A stretch of DNA of 64,000 nucleotides, from the IMG/VR virus record IMGVR_UViG_3300045988_157791. One strand, given 5' to 3'. The first letter of the stretch is position 1, and every line of letters begins with the position of its first letter. Origin of the DNA: a virus (taxonomy: Duplodnaviria; Heunggongvirae; Uroviricota; Caudoviricetes). Of this stretch, positions 39,702 through 49,385 are shown piece after piece. The position numbers and the translations under genes are program-made. The notes under the pieces were generated by a model. The model saw only the letters and a list, made by a program, of their open reading frames with translations, had not been told where the DNA came from and ran no database searches.

Positions 39702-40592
39702 TTATGCCGGTAAAGCAATTTCTAACGGTTTATCCAAAGGTTGTTTGTCGAATGCCAGCAGTGGCAGCGTGTCAGGCAGTCGACGGCCAAAGTCAGGGTT
39801 TCGGTACACACCATACAACGGAGACGTAAAGCTCAGGTTGTGAATGTCCTTGAGCAGCTTCACAATGCTGGCCTCGTCCACCAGACTGTCGGCAATGTCC
39901 TGAATCGTCGTGCCACGATTCCGCCCAGCTTTTGCCAGGGAACTGTTCTTGTGGTAGTCCGCCACCAGATCACGCAGTGCACGGCGACGACGAGACTCGC
40001 TCATAGCGAACAACTCTTTGACGATCGCCTCGTTATCACCCGGGTCGGAGCGGAAATGGCGCTGGAACACACGCAGTGCACTTTCATAGCTCTTCGGTCG
40101 CTCAGGGCGGATGAACTTAAACCCTGCTTTCATGGCGAAGGGATTGTATTTGCTCATCGATGACTGGATCTCAATGATTGGCCGGTCATGCATCCTGCTA
40201 ACCAGGTTAATCATTCGATAAGAGACGCCTACGCCACGATACTGAGTATCCACAACTGAGCGACTGATCACCGCAAAGTTGTTATTCACGTACCGACCCC
40301 AGTACTGGTTAGCCACGGTGGTATTAGTGGTTGGTTTCAACTTAGGAAACATGCGGTGGCGAGGTGCCAGCAGTAGTTTCGGATAAGCCATAACCACGAC
40401 GCCCACCAGACGGTCATCAAGTTCGCAGCGATAGTAAGTTGGCGCGAAAGGTTTGCCGTCTGTTTTGTAGTGAAGCGACTTAAGAGCGTGCCAGTCCTCT
40501 ACAGTTCCCTTTGTGACTGTCATTCGTTCCAGAAAGTCCAGATGACGCGGAAACTCTTCAGGGCGGTAGCGTTTAATGATGATGTCCGTCAT
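39702..40592 (-). CDS. GNAT-like acetyltransferase-fold protein (296 aa)
   Basis: Putative acetyl-CoA binding motif TQYRGVGVSYRMINL; 4-nt overlap with the upstream ATPase gene. Confidence 0.4.
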   Translation of the reverse strand: MTDIIIKRYRPEEFPRHLDFLERMTVTKGTVEDWHALKSLHYKTDGKPFAPTYYRCELDDRLVGVVVMAYPKLLLAPRHRMFPKLKPTTNTTVANQYWGRYVNNNFAVISRSVVDTQYRGVGVSYRMINLVSRMHDRPIIEIQSSMSKYNPFAMKAGFKFIRPERPKSYESALRVFQRHFRSDPGDNEAIVKELFAMSESRRRRALRDLVADYHKNSSLAKAGRNRGTTIQDIADSLVDEASIVKLLKDIHNLSFTSPLYGVYRNPDFGRRLPDTLPLLAFDKQPLDKPLEIALPA

Positions 40593-41254
40593 GAATGGAC
40601 CTCATCATGACTACCATTGTGATATTCCACCTTCACGCGTTCTTTGTAGTGCTTGGTGATCTGCATATCCGGGCGCAGCGCGTTCTTCAGGTCTTCGTGA
40701 GTCGTCGCCACCATTACCGTCGCACCAACCTTTCGAGCGGCACGCTGGAGGTTAGATGCCACAACCTGAGCGGTTACACGGTCTAAAACAGCACCGAACT
40801 CGTCAGCAGCCCACACTTTAGCGCCTGACTCAATCAGTTTGGCAATCTTGAGACGATATTTCTGACCGTCTGACATTTCAGAAGGCTTGCGAACAAACAG
40901 ATATGCATCGTTCAGACCAGCCATAGATAACAATCCAAGCGCATCACTGGTCGTTTTGCCCAACTGATCGATGACGTTAACCTCATTATCGAAGGTAAAA
41001 TCATCGATGGAGGCTACAGACAGCCCTTCATCCTTCATCTGTCGTTGCAACTCGCGCAGCACAACGGATTTGCCGGAACCGGATTGGCCGGTGATGTACA
41101 CCACATCGCCCTGCTTCACTTCCAGCTCCAGATTGTCGTAAAGCGTCCACTCTTTTTCGTCCAGACCAAGCCCGAACGACTCAGCGATTTCCAACGTGCG
41201 CGTGGTTTTATTTACGCGTGTCTGAAACGATACGTTGATGATGTATTTGCTCAT
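40589..41254 (-). CDS. minimal ABC-type ATPase (221 aa)
   Basis: Walker A GQSGSGKS, ABC signature-like SDGQKYR, Walker B WAADEFGAVLD, H-loop TTHEDL. Confidence 0.65.
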   Translation of the reverse strand: MSKYIINVSFQTRVNKTTRTLEIAESFGLGLDEKEWTLYDNLELEVKQGDVVYITGQSGSGKSVVLRELQRQMKDEGLSVASIDDFTFDNEVNVIDQLGKTTSDALGLLSMAGLNDAYLFVRKPSEMSDGQKYRLKIAKLIESGAKVWAADEFGAVLDRVTAQVVASNLQRAARKVGATVMVATTHEDLKNALRPDMQITKHYKERVKVEYHNGSHDEVHS

Positions 41255-41952
41255 GCAGCCATCTCCCCGGAAGAGATCTTCTCCGCATATGCCACAAATG
41301 CGTCTACCCCGCTTTCTCCCGTCATTTCTTCCATGTGGGCAAGCAAATCACCAACAACAATGGCAGAGCCAGCAGGAAGCGTTTTAAAGCCCAATACGTC
41401 GACAACACGTACTTCTTCCGCTGCAACTTCACGACTGATCTCGGTGTGTTCATCCTTCTGTCGTTTAGTTTCTTCGCCAAGATCGATAACTAGCGAGTCG
41501 GTGTCCATTTCTTCTGTCATACTGCCAACGAGAACATTCAACTCACGCTCTTCAAAGCCGAAAACCTCGATATCGTCCAGAACAAGCGACTCAAGCTCTT
41601 TCTGTAGCTTAATTGCATCGTAATCAATGCTGGCAAGTCGGTTATCTTCAAGGCGCTTCGCACGAACCTCGTCATCACTGAGATCATCGCGAACAATAAC
41701 CGGTACGCGCTCAAGTCCAGCAAAAATTGCAGCCTCACGGCGGCCATGACCAGTAATAATTACGTCGTTCTTATCGACCGTAATTGGCTGGTCAAATCCG
41801 CGCTTTTTAATGGCTGCGGCCAGATCTCTGATCTGCTGTTCATCATGCTTTTTGGCATTCATCTCATAGGGAATAAGATCTGCCGGGTCGCGATATACGA
41901 TTTCAAACTTTTTGGTCATTACATACGCTCCTTGTAGTAGTCGACCAGCCAC
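41251..41952 (-). CDS. ParB/Srx-like N-terminal domain protein (233 aa)
   Basis: ParB-box-like ITGHGRREAA; acidic C-terminal half. Confidence 0.6.
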   Translation of the reverse strand: MAGRLLQGAYVMTKKFEIVYRDPADLIPYEMNAKKHDEQQIRDLAAAIKKRGFDQPITVDKNDVIITGHGRREAAIFAGLERVPVIVRDDLSDDEVRAKRLEDNRLASIDYDAIKLQKELESLVLDDIEVFGFEERELNVLVGSMTEEMDTDSLVIDLGEETKRQKDEHTEISREVAAEEVRVVDVLGFKTLPAGSAIVVGDLLAHMEEMTGESGVDAFVAYAEKISSGEMAA

Positions 41953-42617
41953 ACCAGAGCCTCACCAGCGTTCTCCATTTCATTACCGGTGTTAATAGCC
42001 TGCTCTTTGATGATGTTTTTTATGGTTTCTGCAACACGATCTGACGCATCGAAAGTTACTTTGAAGCGCATGGTCTGATGTTCCGCACCCACACGTTCGG
42101 TTTTCTCTCGTTTGTCGGTATCGACAGGCTCATCACTACCACGAGACAACGCCTCCAGTGCTTCAAGGTCGATTGCCGCCTCTTTTGCTAAAACCATCGA
42201 GATTTCGTCGTCATACGGGGCGATTTCAGACAGTTGATAGTCAAGTTCTGACTGAATTTCTTCAATGAAGCGTTGCAATGCGATTTGGTCGTCTTCACCG
42301 TATCGCTCGTTGTCCACCAGTGACATCTGTTTAGCTACGACATCGCTAATTTTGCCCACAGAAAGCACCGGAACCGTTGAAATTCCTTGCTCAATAGCGG
42401 CACGCCAGCGATGTTCGCCGCCGAGGATTTCAAAAAATCCATCTTCAAGTTCACGAGCCAAAATTGGCTTAAAAAAGCCCAATTTTTCGATAGAACCTTT
42501 CAGTTTTTCAAAATTCTGCGCACCAACCGAATTGGTGTTCCAGGTATTCGGGCGAAGGTTGGCAACATCAACCTGCAAAATCGTGATTTTTACATCCATT
42601 TTATTGCTACAATCCAC
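41919..42617 (-). CDS. ParB/Srx-like N-terminal domain protein (232 aa), paralogue of the downstream gene
   Basis: ParB-box-like LGGEHRWRAA; first gene of the operon, divergent from the SF2 helicase. Confidence 0.6.
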   Translation of the reverse strand: MDCSNKMDVKITILQVDVANLRPNTWNTNSVGAQNFEKLKGSIEKLGFFKPILARELEDGFFEILGGEHRWRAAIEQGISTVPVLSVGKISDVVAKQMSLVDNERYGEDDQIALQRFIEEIQSELDYQLSEIAPYDDEISMVLAKEAAIDLEALEALSRGSDEPVDTDKREKTERVGAEHQTMRFKVTFDASDRVAETIKNIIKEQAINTGNEMENAGEALVWLVDYYKERM

Positions 42618-42681
42618 TAAGTAATCACTTACTTATTATAATAGCCAAATAACATACAAAAGGCACTAAGGAAAGAGGTTT

Positions 42682-44241
42682 ATGACTGTTCGGATTGTAT
42701 CTAACGCAGTAAATGCGCTTATTTCTGGCGCAGATGACAAGGTAAAGCAACTGGTGCAGCAAATGTTGAGCTACGAAGTCGAGACTGGCGACTGGAAGGG
42801 CACAAGCACGATGTTCAACTGGAGTAAAAACTCGTTCCCTGCTGGCTTTGCCAAGCCTGTAGCGGCGAACTTGAACAAGGCGGGCATCAAATGTGTTCAT
42901 ATCCGCAAAGACAAAGCCCCGGCGCTTGGAAAGCCAAATCCGGCGGTTAACCCATTCCCATACAATCCTGATTATGCGTATCAGGATCAGACTGTGGAAA
43001 CACTAGTTCGCGAGGGAATGATGATTGCGCAGATCGCTACTGGTGGCGGGAAATCTAATGTTGCCTGCAAAGCAGCTGCACGTATCGGTCGAATGACATT
43101 ATTTTTAACAACCCGCTCTGTTCTGATGTTTCAAATGGCCGAAAACTTCCAGAGATCCATCGACTACCGCGCCAAAAATGGCGAACCGTGGTTAAAAGAC
43201 CAAAAGGTTGGAGTCATTGGCTCGGGTGAGTTCCAGGTATCACGACATATCAACGTCGCTACAGTTCAAACTCTGGCAAGTTTCCTTGAAGAACCACCAC
43301 GCGATGCAACACCAGATAAGAAGAGCTACCACCTCAAACGTCGGGACTTGGTGAAACGCTTCCTTTCAAGTGTGTCTCTGCTTATTCTGGAAGAGGCGCA
43401 TGAGTCTTCAGGCTCTAATTTCTATGACATCGCCAGATTATGTGTGAACGCAGACTATCGTCTGGCGCTTACAGCCACGCCGTTCATGAAGGATTCTACA
43501 GAAGCCAACATGCGTCTGATGGCTGTGGCCGGGCGAATTGAAATTAAAGTCACAGAAAAGTACCTGATTGATCGAGGCATTCTGGCAAAACCGTACTTCC
43601 TTTATCATAAAGTTGCTTACAAGCCAGACGAGGTCAGAATCAAGGCGGAACTTGCCAACAAACACCTTAATTTTAGAGTAGGTATGAGCACTGCCTACCA
43701 AAAGGCTTATCAGTTGGGGATCGTGTATAATTTGGGACGTAACGAGGCCATTGTGCGCGAAGCATTGCTCTATAAGCAACATTCTCTCAATTGTATGACT
43801 CTGGTTCGTCTTAAACGCCACGGGCAAATCCTGATGGAGATGATGAAGGAGTCCGGCCTTAGAGTTGACTTCATTTATGGGGAATCGAACCAGGCGACAA
43901 GGCAAGCAAAGCTGAACAGTTTAGCGTCTGGCGAAATAGATGTTTTAATAGGCTCGACTATTCTGGATGTCGGTGTTGATGTGCCAAGCGTGGGCGCGGT
44001 CATTCTTGCTGGTGGTGGGAAAGCAGAAGTTGAAATGAGACAGCGTGTCGGTCGTGGCTTACGAGCAAAAAAAAATCAGGCAAACGTGTGTTTTATCACT
44101 GATTTCATTGACATTAGCAACAAATACCTGTTGTCTCACTCTTATGAGCGAAAACACATCATCGACACCACACCTGGCTTTGCAGAAGGTGTATTGCCTA
44201 TTGATGGCGCATTCGATTTTGGAGTTCTGAAACGAGATTAG
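42682..44241 (+). CDS. superfamily 2 DEAD/DEAH-box-type helicase
   Basis: Motif I ATGGGKS, motif II LEEAHE, motif III TATP, motif VI QRVGRGLR. Confidence 0.75.
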   Translation: MTVRIVSNAVNALISGADDKVKQLVQQMLSYEVETGDWKGTSTMFNWSKNSFPAGFAKPVAANLNKAGIKCVHIRKDKAPALGKPNPAVNPFPYNPDYAYQDQTVETLVREGMMIAQIATGGGKSNVACKAAARIGRMTLFLTTRSVLMFQMAENFQRSIDYRAKNGEPWLKDQKVGVIGSGEFQVSRHINVATVQTLASFLEEPPRDATPDKKSYHLKRRDLVKRFLSSVSLLILEEAHESSGSNFYDIARLCVNADYRLALTATPFMKDSTEANMRLMAVAGRIEIKVTEKYLIDRGILAKPYFLYHKVAYKPDEVRIKAELANKHLNFRVGMSTAYQKAYQLGIVYNLGRNEAIVREALLYKQHSLNCMTLVRLKRHGQILMEMMKESGLRVDFIYGESNQATRQAKLNSLASGEIDVLIGSTILDVGVDVPSVGAVILAGGGKAEVEMRQRVGRGLRAKKNQANVCFITDFIDISNKYLLSHSYERKHIIDTTPGFAEGVLPIDGAFDFGVLKRD

Positions 44242-44243
44242 TT

Positions 44244-44522
44244 ATGAGCGAAAAGAAAACAACTTATTGCCAAGTGGCATTGTCTGATAAGGCCAATGAA
44301 AAACTTGGAAAATTTCAAATAAAACTCAAAGAGAAAAAAATCAAGATGTCTAAGGCTGAAGTTATCAATGCCATTCTGGAGACGATGACTATGGCTGAAT
44401 TTGACAAAGTCACATCTGCCGTTGGGGTTTCCGCTAAGACGCGTGAGAAAATCATGCGCATCTATGAGAACTCCAATATGACAAAAAAAGATCTAGAGGA
44501 AATACTGAGCAGGTTGCCGTAA
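44244..44522 (+). CDS. small ribbon-helix-helix-like protein (92 aa)
   Basis: Starts 2 nt after the helicase stop; KMSKAEVINAILE resembles an RHH strand-helix. Confidence 0.4.
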   Translation: MSEKKTTYCQVALSDKANEKLGKFQIKLKEKKIKMSKAEVINAILETMTMAEFDKVTSAVGVSAKTREKIMRIYENSNMTKKDLEEILSRLP

Positions 44523-44554
44523 CATTTCATATTTACCCCCTATCTACTAATTCT

Positions 44555-45154
44555 ATGATGTGCTCACTTGTTAGAAAGGAGCACATCATGAGTTGGTTAA
44601 AAGAATTATCATTTGTTGACACCACTGGCGCTAAGAAAAATCATTCTTTCTGGAAAGTCAGCGATCCTTCCGATTTTCTTGTTGGTGCTAATGCTGCTTT
44701 TGAATTGCTTAACTTTTATCAACGTTATCCTGAAATGAAACACAGTCCACTCCTGTACAGAATAACAAACGATATGAATAGGTCTGGTTTATTATCAAGT
44801 GAGTCAGCGAAAGGCTTTTTTAGCAAAATTACGCCACACATATCATTCGATTCAGCAAACGAAATTGATTATCTACCCACGAAACCTCAAGAACAATTAT
44901 CTGTACCACCTGAGAAAAAAGAAAGACGAATTGCCAGCATTGAAAATATATCGAAAGAGCTTCGCACAACAACGTTGAGGCTGCTGAACTTTCTTACGCT
45001 ACTTAATTGGATAGATGATCAAACATTGATTCCATCAACCGATGCGTTGGATAACAGAGTCCTTAGGCTGAACAAAAAATCGCAATTTGGTTTTGTGTTC
45101 ACCAAAAAAGGTGAAGATTTAATCAAAAGAAAATATAGATTATTGAATGATTAA
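44555..45154 (+). CDS. hypothetical protein (likely 188 aa from ATG at 44588)
   Basis: AAAGGAG ribosome-binding site and ATG at 44588 lie inside an 11-bp inverted repeat (ATGATGTGCTC ... GAGCACATCAT) that could sequester the site. Confidence 0.5.
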   Translation: MMCSLVRKEHIMSWLKELSFVDTTGAKKNHSFWKVSDPSDFLVGANAAFELLNFYQRYPEMKHSPLLYRITNDMNRSGLLSSESAKGFFSKITPHISFDSANEIDYLPTKPQEQLSVPPEKKERRIASIENISKELRTTTLRLLNFLTLLNWIDDQTLIPSTDALDNRVLRLNKKSQFGFVFTKKGEDLIKRKYRLLND

Positions 45155-45539
45155 TAGTCTACATGCAGGTGTATGAGAGCACCTGCATGTGACACTCATC
45201 ACATTTTTGAATGTATATACCTTCGGCTGAAAAAAGATCTTGATAGGCTGAATGATATTTGTAGGCTTCGCCTCCGAAGAAATTCGGAGGATATATGCGA
45301 CAATTTATAAAAACGTGTGACCTAAGAAATATAGTAGATGATATTGCATGTGATGAAATTAGCAAAAAAGAGAAGAACAAAAACGCCAATTAACGCTATC
45401 TACCTATAAATCTGAAGAGTTCAATAGGATGCATATCTGAAACACGCCCTCGACGATACCAAAAAGATTTGTCGAGGGCGTCGGGCTTTCCCTATGTCTG
45501 AACGATTAAATTTTACAGCAATTAAATATTTTGTATATG

Positions 45540-46340
45540 TTATTCTTCTGGTGGTACGACAAAATCGTCGAGTTTATTCTTTTCGTCTCGAAGCAACCTG
45601 ATTTCTTCTTCTGTTATGCATTTGTCATAATCTGTTTGTTCAGAATGGCACAGCGCAACTGCGAATGGATAGCCGGTGTAAGACAGCCCTCTAACAGGTT
45701 CTAATTCACCGTTGTCTTTTTTCCTAAATTTGTAAAAGTCAGGAGTGTCATAATTGGTGACGCTAACAAGAGCATATTTATCATTTTCTCTTGCATACAC
45801 TTCACTAACACCTCTCGATTCGCCCAACTCTCTACTCACATATGTCGAATCACTTGCAGCATCAAACACAGCCTGACCTAATGGAGTTTTTTTTAAATCA
45901 TCTATTTTCTCTTTTTCCTTCCTGATTTTAGATTCGTTTTCCAGATAAAGTTTCACACCATTTTCTTTACATGCTAGATTTTGGCGTTCAAAACGTAATC
46001 GTTCTCTTGCCGAGTTGGTACTTTTATCCATTGTAACGAATACAATCGGGTTACGTTCACGAACATCAAAGATGTGTGCATTGAATGCGGTCGCACCTGT
46101 ATAGGCGTTCAAGACGTTTTTGCCATTCACCTCTCCACATACCATATATGAATAGCTATTTTCACCTAACTGAATAGCTCGCATATTCGTGAACCGACCA
46201 GCATCAGGATCTAGCAGTGTAGAGCGAATATCCTTTTCAACTAGATTTATGGCTCGCTCTTCATCAGAATCACAACCTGTTAATAGTAAAGCCGCTATTA
46301 ACAATGCTAATGAGTATTTTTTATTCACCCCATTCTTCAT
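45540..46340 (-). CDS. lipoprotein (266 aa)
   Basis: Signal peptide with lipobox LLTGC; hairpin terminator CGCCCTCGAC...GTCGAGGGCG downstream. Confidence 0.55.
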   Translation of the reverse strand: MKNGVNKKYSLALLIAALLLTGCDSDEERAINLVEKDIRSTLLDPDAGRFTNMRAIQLGENSYSYMVCGEVNGKNVLNAYTGATAFNAHIFDVRERNPIVFVTMDKSTNSARERLRFERQNLACKENGVKLYLENESKIRKEKEKIDDLKKTPLGQAVFDAASDSTYVSRELGESRGVSEVYARENDKYALVSVTNYDTPDFYKFRKKDNGELEPVRGLSYTGYPFAVALCHSEQTDYDKCITEEEIRLLRDEKNKLDDFVVPPEE

Positions 46341-46442
46341 GAAACTTATTCCATAATCAATTTTTGGTGGAATGTACGGTTAGTCTGTCTACGCATCATA
46401 GAGATGTATATAATGACCAAAAAAGACTTAAAAAGGTAGACT

Positions 46443-46964
46443 ATGGTTAAAGACATCACCTACGGCATACCGGCTGAAGTCTGGCCGCGAGACTACGAAC
46501 ATGCTGAAAACATACTTATGTTCTGGCGGAAGAACAACATTCCTGTAAGAGTCACGCTTGAAGACGGTCAGGTGTTTTGCATGTACGTTCAGGGGACAAT
46601 GCCTTCCCGCAATAAGCTAGATTTATGCCCGCTTCCATATGATAAAGAAAATCGTATAAGACTCCCACTTGAGCGCATTAGCACAATTGAATCAGGTGTA
46701 ATCGATGGCATTGCTCGCGAGTTCAAAGGTAGGCTAACAATACATCCAGACTATGTTGACAATCAGCCATCACGCCGTGACTTTTTTGCGATATGTCGCA
46801 AGGCTTATCAAAACGACCAATCTATAAGGGTCTACATGGCAGACGGTCGTGAAATAGAAGGGGTGTCAAGAGGCGTTGATGCTTGTCAGGTCACTCTTAA
46901 GTTAGAAGACGGCAGAAAAATACTTGTTTTCTTCGATTGGGTTGAACGAATCCTTCCATTTTAA
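46443..46964 (+). CDS. hypothetical protein (173 aa)
   Basis: ORF followed by a clear intrinsic terminator. Confidence 0.5.
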   Translation: MVKDITYGIPAEVWPRDYEHAENILMFWRKNNIPVRVTLEDGQVFCMYVQGTMPSRNKLDLCPLPYDKENRIRLPLERISTIESGVIDGIAREFKGRLTIHPDYVDNQPSRRDFFAICRKAYQNDQSIRVYMADGREIEGVSRGVDACQVTLKLEDGRKILVFFDWVERILPF

Positions 46965-46976
46965 ATCTATAAGGGT

Positions 46977-47006
46977 AATAACCGGCTAAGTCCGGTTATT
47001 ATTTTA
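46977..47006 (+). terminator. intrinsic terminator
   Basis: AATAACCGG-CTAAGT-CCGGTTATT hairpin followed by ATTTTA. Confidence 0.65.
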
Positions 47007-47155
47007 CATGCCATTCATTTAAAACTCTTTCAATGCCACTCTGTATAAATATATAAGGTTAAAAGCCTGAATTGATTATTTATTTAGGGAACACCTTCGA
47101 CGATCTTGCTTTTATTTCTAGGACTTTCATCCCTGCAAAAATTTAAAAAAAACAC

Positions 47156-47183
47156 TTGCAATCTTTTTTCACGTATCGATAAT
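47156..47183 (+). promoter_or_regulatory. sigma70-like promoter
   Basis: TTGCAA, 16-nt spacer, GATAAT, about 70 bp upstream of the 47250 ORF. Confidence 0.45.
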
Positions 47184-47249
47184 TGAACTCGTCGAAAGCG
47201 AGCTGGCTAACGACAGCAAAAAATAAATTCATTTTAATTTTTCGTAAGG

Positions 47250-47909
47250 ATGTCCATCATGGCTAACATTATCATTTCTAAAAAATCCATCGTTGAAGCT
47301 GCTTCCATTGTATCCGATGAACTGCGCGAAAAAGCAGATCTGGCAACTCAAACATATAACGAACATTATAAAAATGGTACGCACACTAAAGCAGACAAAG
47401 CAAATATGCAAGCTGCGACCACTAAACTTGCTTACTTCATCAACAACGTTGTAAACGCTGTAGAAGAAGAAAAATTATGCTCTGTTTTCTACTATGCGAT
47501 CAAAGCAAGTAAACAAGCGCCAGAAGCATTTTTCCGTGATGCAATGGCTAACAGTTATTCTCTGGAAAAACTGGTTTATCTGGTCAAATCAATTAAATCT
47601 GGTAAATGCGTTTATTCCGTCGCTGATATGTCAGGATCTCGTGTATTCGCTTTAATCGATATGATTAACGACGAGATCGACACGTTCACCAATGGCGCTG
47701 TTTTCGATTTAATGAATGAAGCAAAAAAAGCGTGCGAAATTAAATTGGACGCTGGCTATACTCAAGCCAACCAGTTGATCAATCTTTGCGAACGTCTCGG
47801 ACTTGTTGAAAAAGTCAAAGGAGCTGGGAGCGCGAAAGCTGGTACTCAGCAATATCGCTTCATTAAAAATGATTTCTATAACTATCTGGCTGATGCTTTT
47901 AAAGCGTAA
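47250..47909 (+). CDS. hypothetical protein (219 aa)
   Basis: ORF with upstream promoter-like elements and downstream terminator. Confidence 0.5.
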   Translation: MSIMANIIISKKSIVEAASIVSDELREKADLATQTYNEHYKNGTHTKADKANMQAATTKLAYFINNVVNAVEEEKLCSVFYYAIKASKQAPEAFFRDAMANSYSLEKLVYLVKSIKSGKCVYSVADMSGSRVFALIDMINDEIDTFTNGAVFDLMNEAKKACEIKLDAGYTQANQLINLCERLGLVEKVKGAGSAKAGTQQYRFIKNDFYNYLADAFKA

Positions 47910-47918
47910 TTAATGGAA

Positions 47919-47945
47919 TCTGGCGCCCACTATGGGCGCTTTTAA
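47919..47945 (+). terminator. intrinsic terminator (GCGCCCACTATGGGCGC hairpin plus T-run)
   Basis: Perfect stem-loop followed by TTTT; identical hairpin repeated at 48194-48220. Confidence 0.7.
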
Positions 47946-47957
47946 GGAGTTTTAATC

Positions 47958-48188
47958 ATGTATGTTCTTATCGCTGGCGTTAACGTGCGCAATGAATATT
48001 TTGTTAATCGCATCGCTGGGATCGCTGGCTACGCTGGGCGCTCAGTCGAGTTTATCGATGAAACAACGCGTAAAATTGACTTATTGAACGACCAGGAGCG
48101 AAAAAAAGCTGAGGTGAACGACGCTGATATATTTTTAATGTTAAAAGCGTTTGTAGAAATGGGATTTGAAATCAGTTTACATAAATAA
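47958..48188 (+). CDS. hypothetical small protein (76 aa)
   Basis: AAGGAG ribosome-binding site upstream; flanked by two identical terminator hairpins. Confidence 0.5.
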   Translation: MYVLIAGVNVRNEYFVNRIAGIAGYAGRSVEFIDETTRKIDLLNDQERKKAEVNDADIFLMLKAFVEMGFEISLHK

Positions 48189-48193
48189 AATCG

Positions 48194-48220
48194 AGCGCCC
48201 ACTATGGGCGCTTTTTTCGT
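48194..48220 (+). terminator. intrinsic terminator, second copy of the same hairpin
   Basis: GAGCGCCCACTATGGGCGCT followed by TTTTTT. Confidence 0.7.
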
Positions 48221-48240
48221 TTCCAATACTTCCACAATAA

Positions 48241-48266
48241 CGCGCCATTGATGGCGCGTTTTTTAT
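48241..48266 (+). terminator. intrinsic terminator
   Basis: CGCGCCATTGATGGCGCG hairpin followed by TTTTTTATT. Confidence 0.65.
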
Positions 48267-48683
48267 TGTCTTTGACTCACTCCAACAACATAAAAATAAG
48301 CGCCAAAATAACGCCATAAACGCGCTTTTATATCCTTGCCAGTACATACCCATTACTTAACACATTAACGCGCTTAAAATGCGTTATATTGCGCTATAAC
48401 GTATGGCTAATCATTGGCTTTTAGTCTTGCTATGTGATCCGCGTTTATTTGTCGGCGCGGATCGGCATTTTGTGTTGTTTTGTATCCGCTCGCATATGAT
48501 TGCCACGTTGGGCAACGTGTACGCGCTTACAGTGATTTACCCACGGATTCACATAATCACATAGCGAAAGCTATCTGGATGGCCCAGGGGCTGAAACCCC
48601 CACCAGCGATACCCCAGCGCCGCTACGCAATTTCTGGCGCGATTCCGGGTTTCTCCCGCTCAGTTTTCTACATAAAGGCGAAT

Positions 48684-48803
48684 GCAGCCGTTTCCCGAAA
48701 AAATCCTGGCCGTTTCCCGTCGGCTCATGAATGCGTTCCTCGCCGTTTCTGAAAATTTCCCTGCGGCAGCTGGTGGCTATAGAGAAAGGGCCGTTTCTGG
48801 CCC
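48684..48803. repeat. iteron-like direct repeat array 1 (four units of GCCGTTTCCCG-AAAA type)
   Basis: GCAGCCGTTTCCCGAAAA, CTGGCCGTTTCCCGTCGG, CTCGCCGTTTCTGAAAA, GGGCCGTTTCTGGCCC at roughly 22-30 bp spacing. Confidence 0.6.
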
Positions 48804-48812
48804 TCTTCTCAG

Positions 48813-49295
48813 TTACACGCCATCAAGGATGTGGATGCGGTTGCTTGCGTATACATTCAGCATAAAGTTAGCGCAAAACAGTTTCCATGTGTCAACGCCA
48901 GCGGTATACGTAATGTTTTTGCATTTAATTGCATTGTTGGCGATCCGCATCCCCTGCGATACTGCTTCATCGTCGGAAAATTTGAACGACGATTGAGTTT
49001 TAATCCAGACAGAAATCTGCGTAGCGAACTCAATCAGCTTGGACTGGCAGAATCGCCCGGAGCGCACCGGAAAGACGAACGTTCCGAATCCAGAATTTAC
49101 CACATATGCTTTCTCAAATACCCGCGAGTAACGACGATTGCCAATGATGTTGCGTACAATAATGCATTTTTCTTGTTCTGACAGTTCTACCGTCTCATTG
49201 TGACGCCAGGCACCAAGTACTCGTTTTTCAATGTCAGAGAACGTTACAGCGATATTGCCATGTGCGGGTGCGTTTACAGTAGCGATAAAATTCAT
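48813..49295 (-). CDS. hypothetical protein (160 aa) with own operator cassette
   Basis: ATG at 49295 preceded by a conserved cassette (GATAAT-like box then AGAAAACAATTTGTT palindrome). Confidence 0.5.
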   Translation of the reverse strand: MNFIATVNAPAHGNIAVTFSDIEKRVLGAWRHNETVELSEQEKCIIVRNIIGNRRYSRVFEKAYVVNSGFGTFVFPVRSGRFCQSKLIEFATQISVWIKTQSSFKFSDDEAVSQGMRIANNAIKCKNITYTAGVDTWKLFCANFMLNVYASNRIHILDGV

Positions 49296-49335
49296 GATTA
49301 ATTCCTTATCGTAAATAACAAATTGTTTTCTTGTT

Positions 49336-49385
49336 GGCGTTAATTATCGTTGTACGAATAAGGCGTCAAAGTGGAAAGTTGCGGT
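49336..49385 (-). promoter_or_regulatory. conserved promoter/operator cassette
   Basis: AACAAATTGTTTTCTTGTTGGCGTTAATTATCG...GAATAAGGCG; near-identical cassettes at 49798-49853, 51451-51502, 51934-51988 and 54735-54810. Confidence 0.5.
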
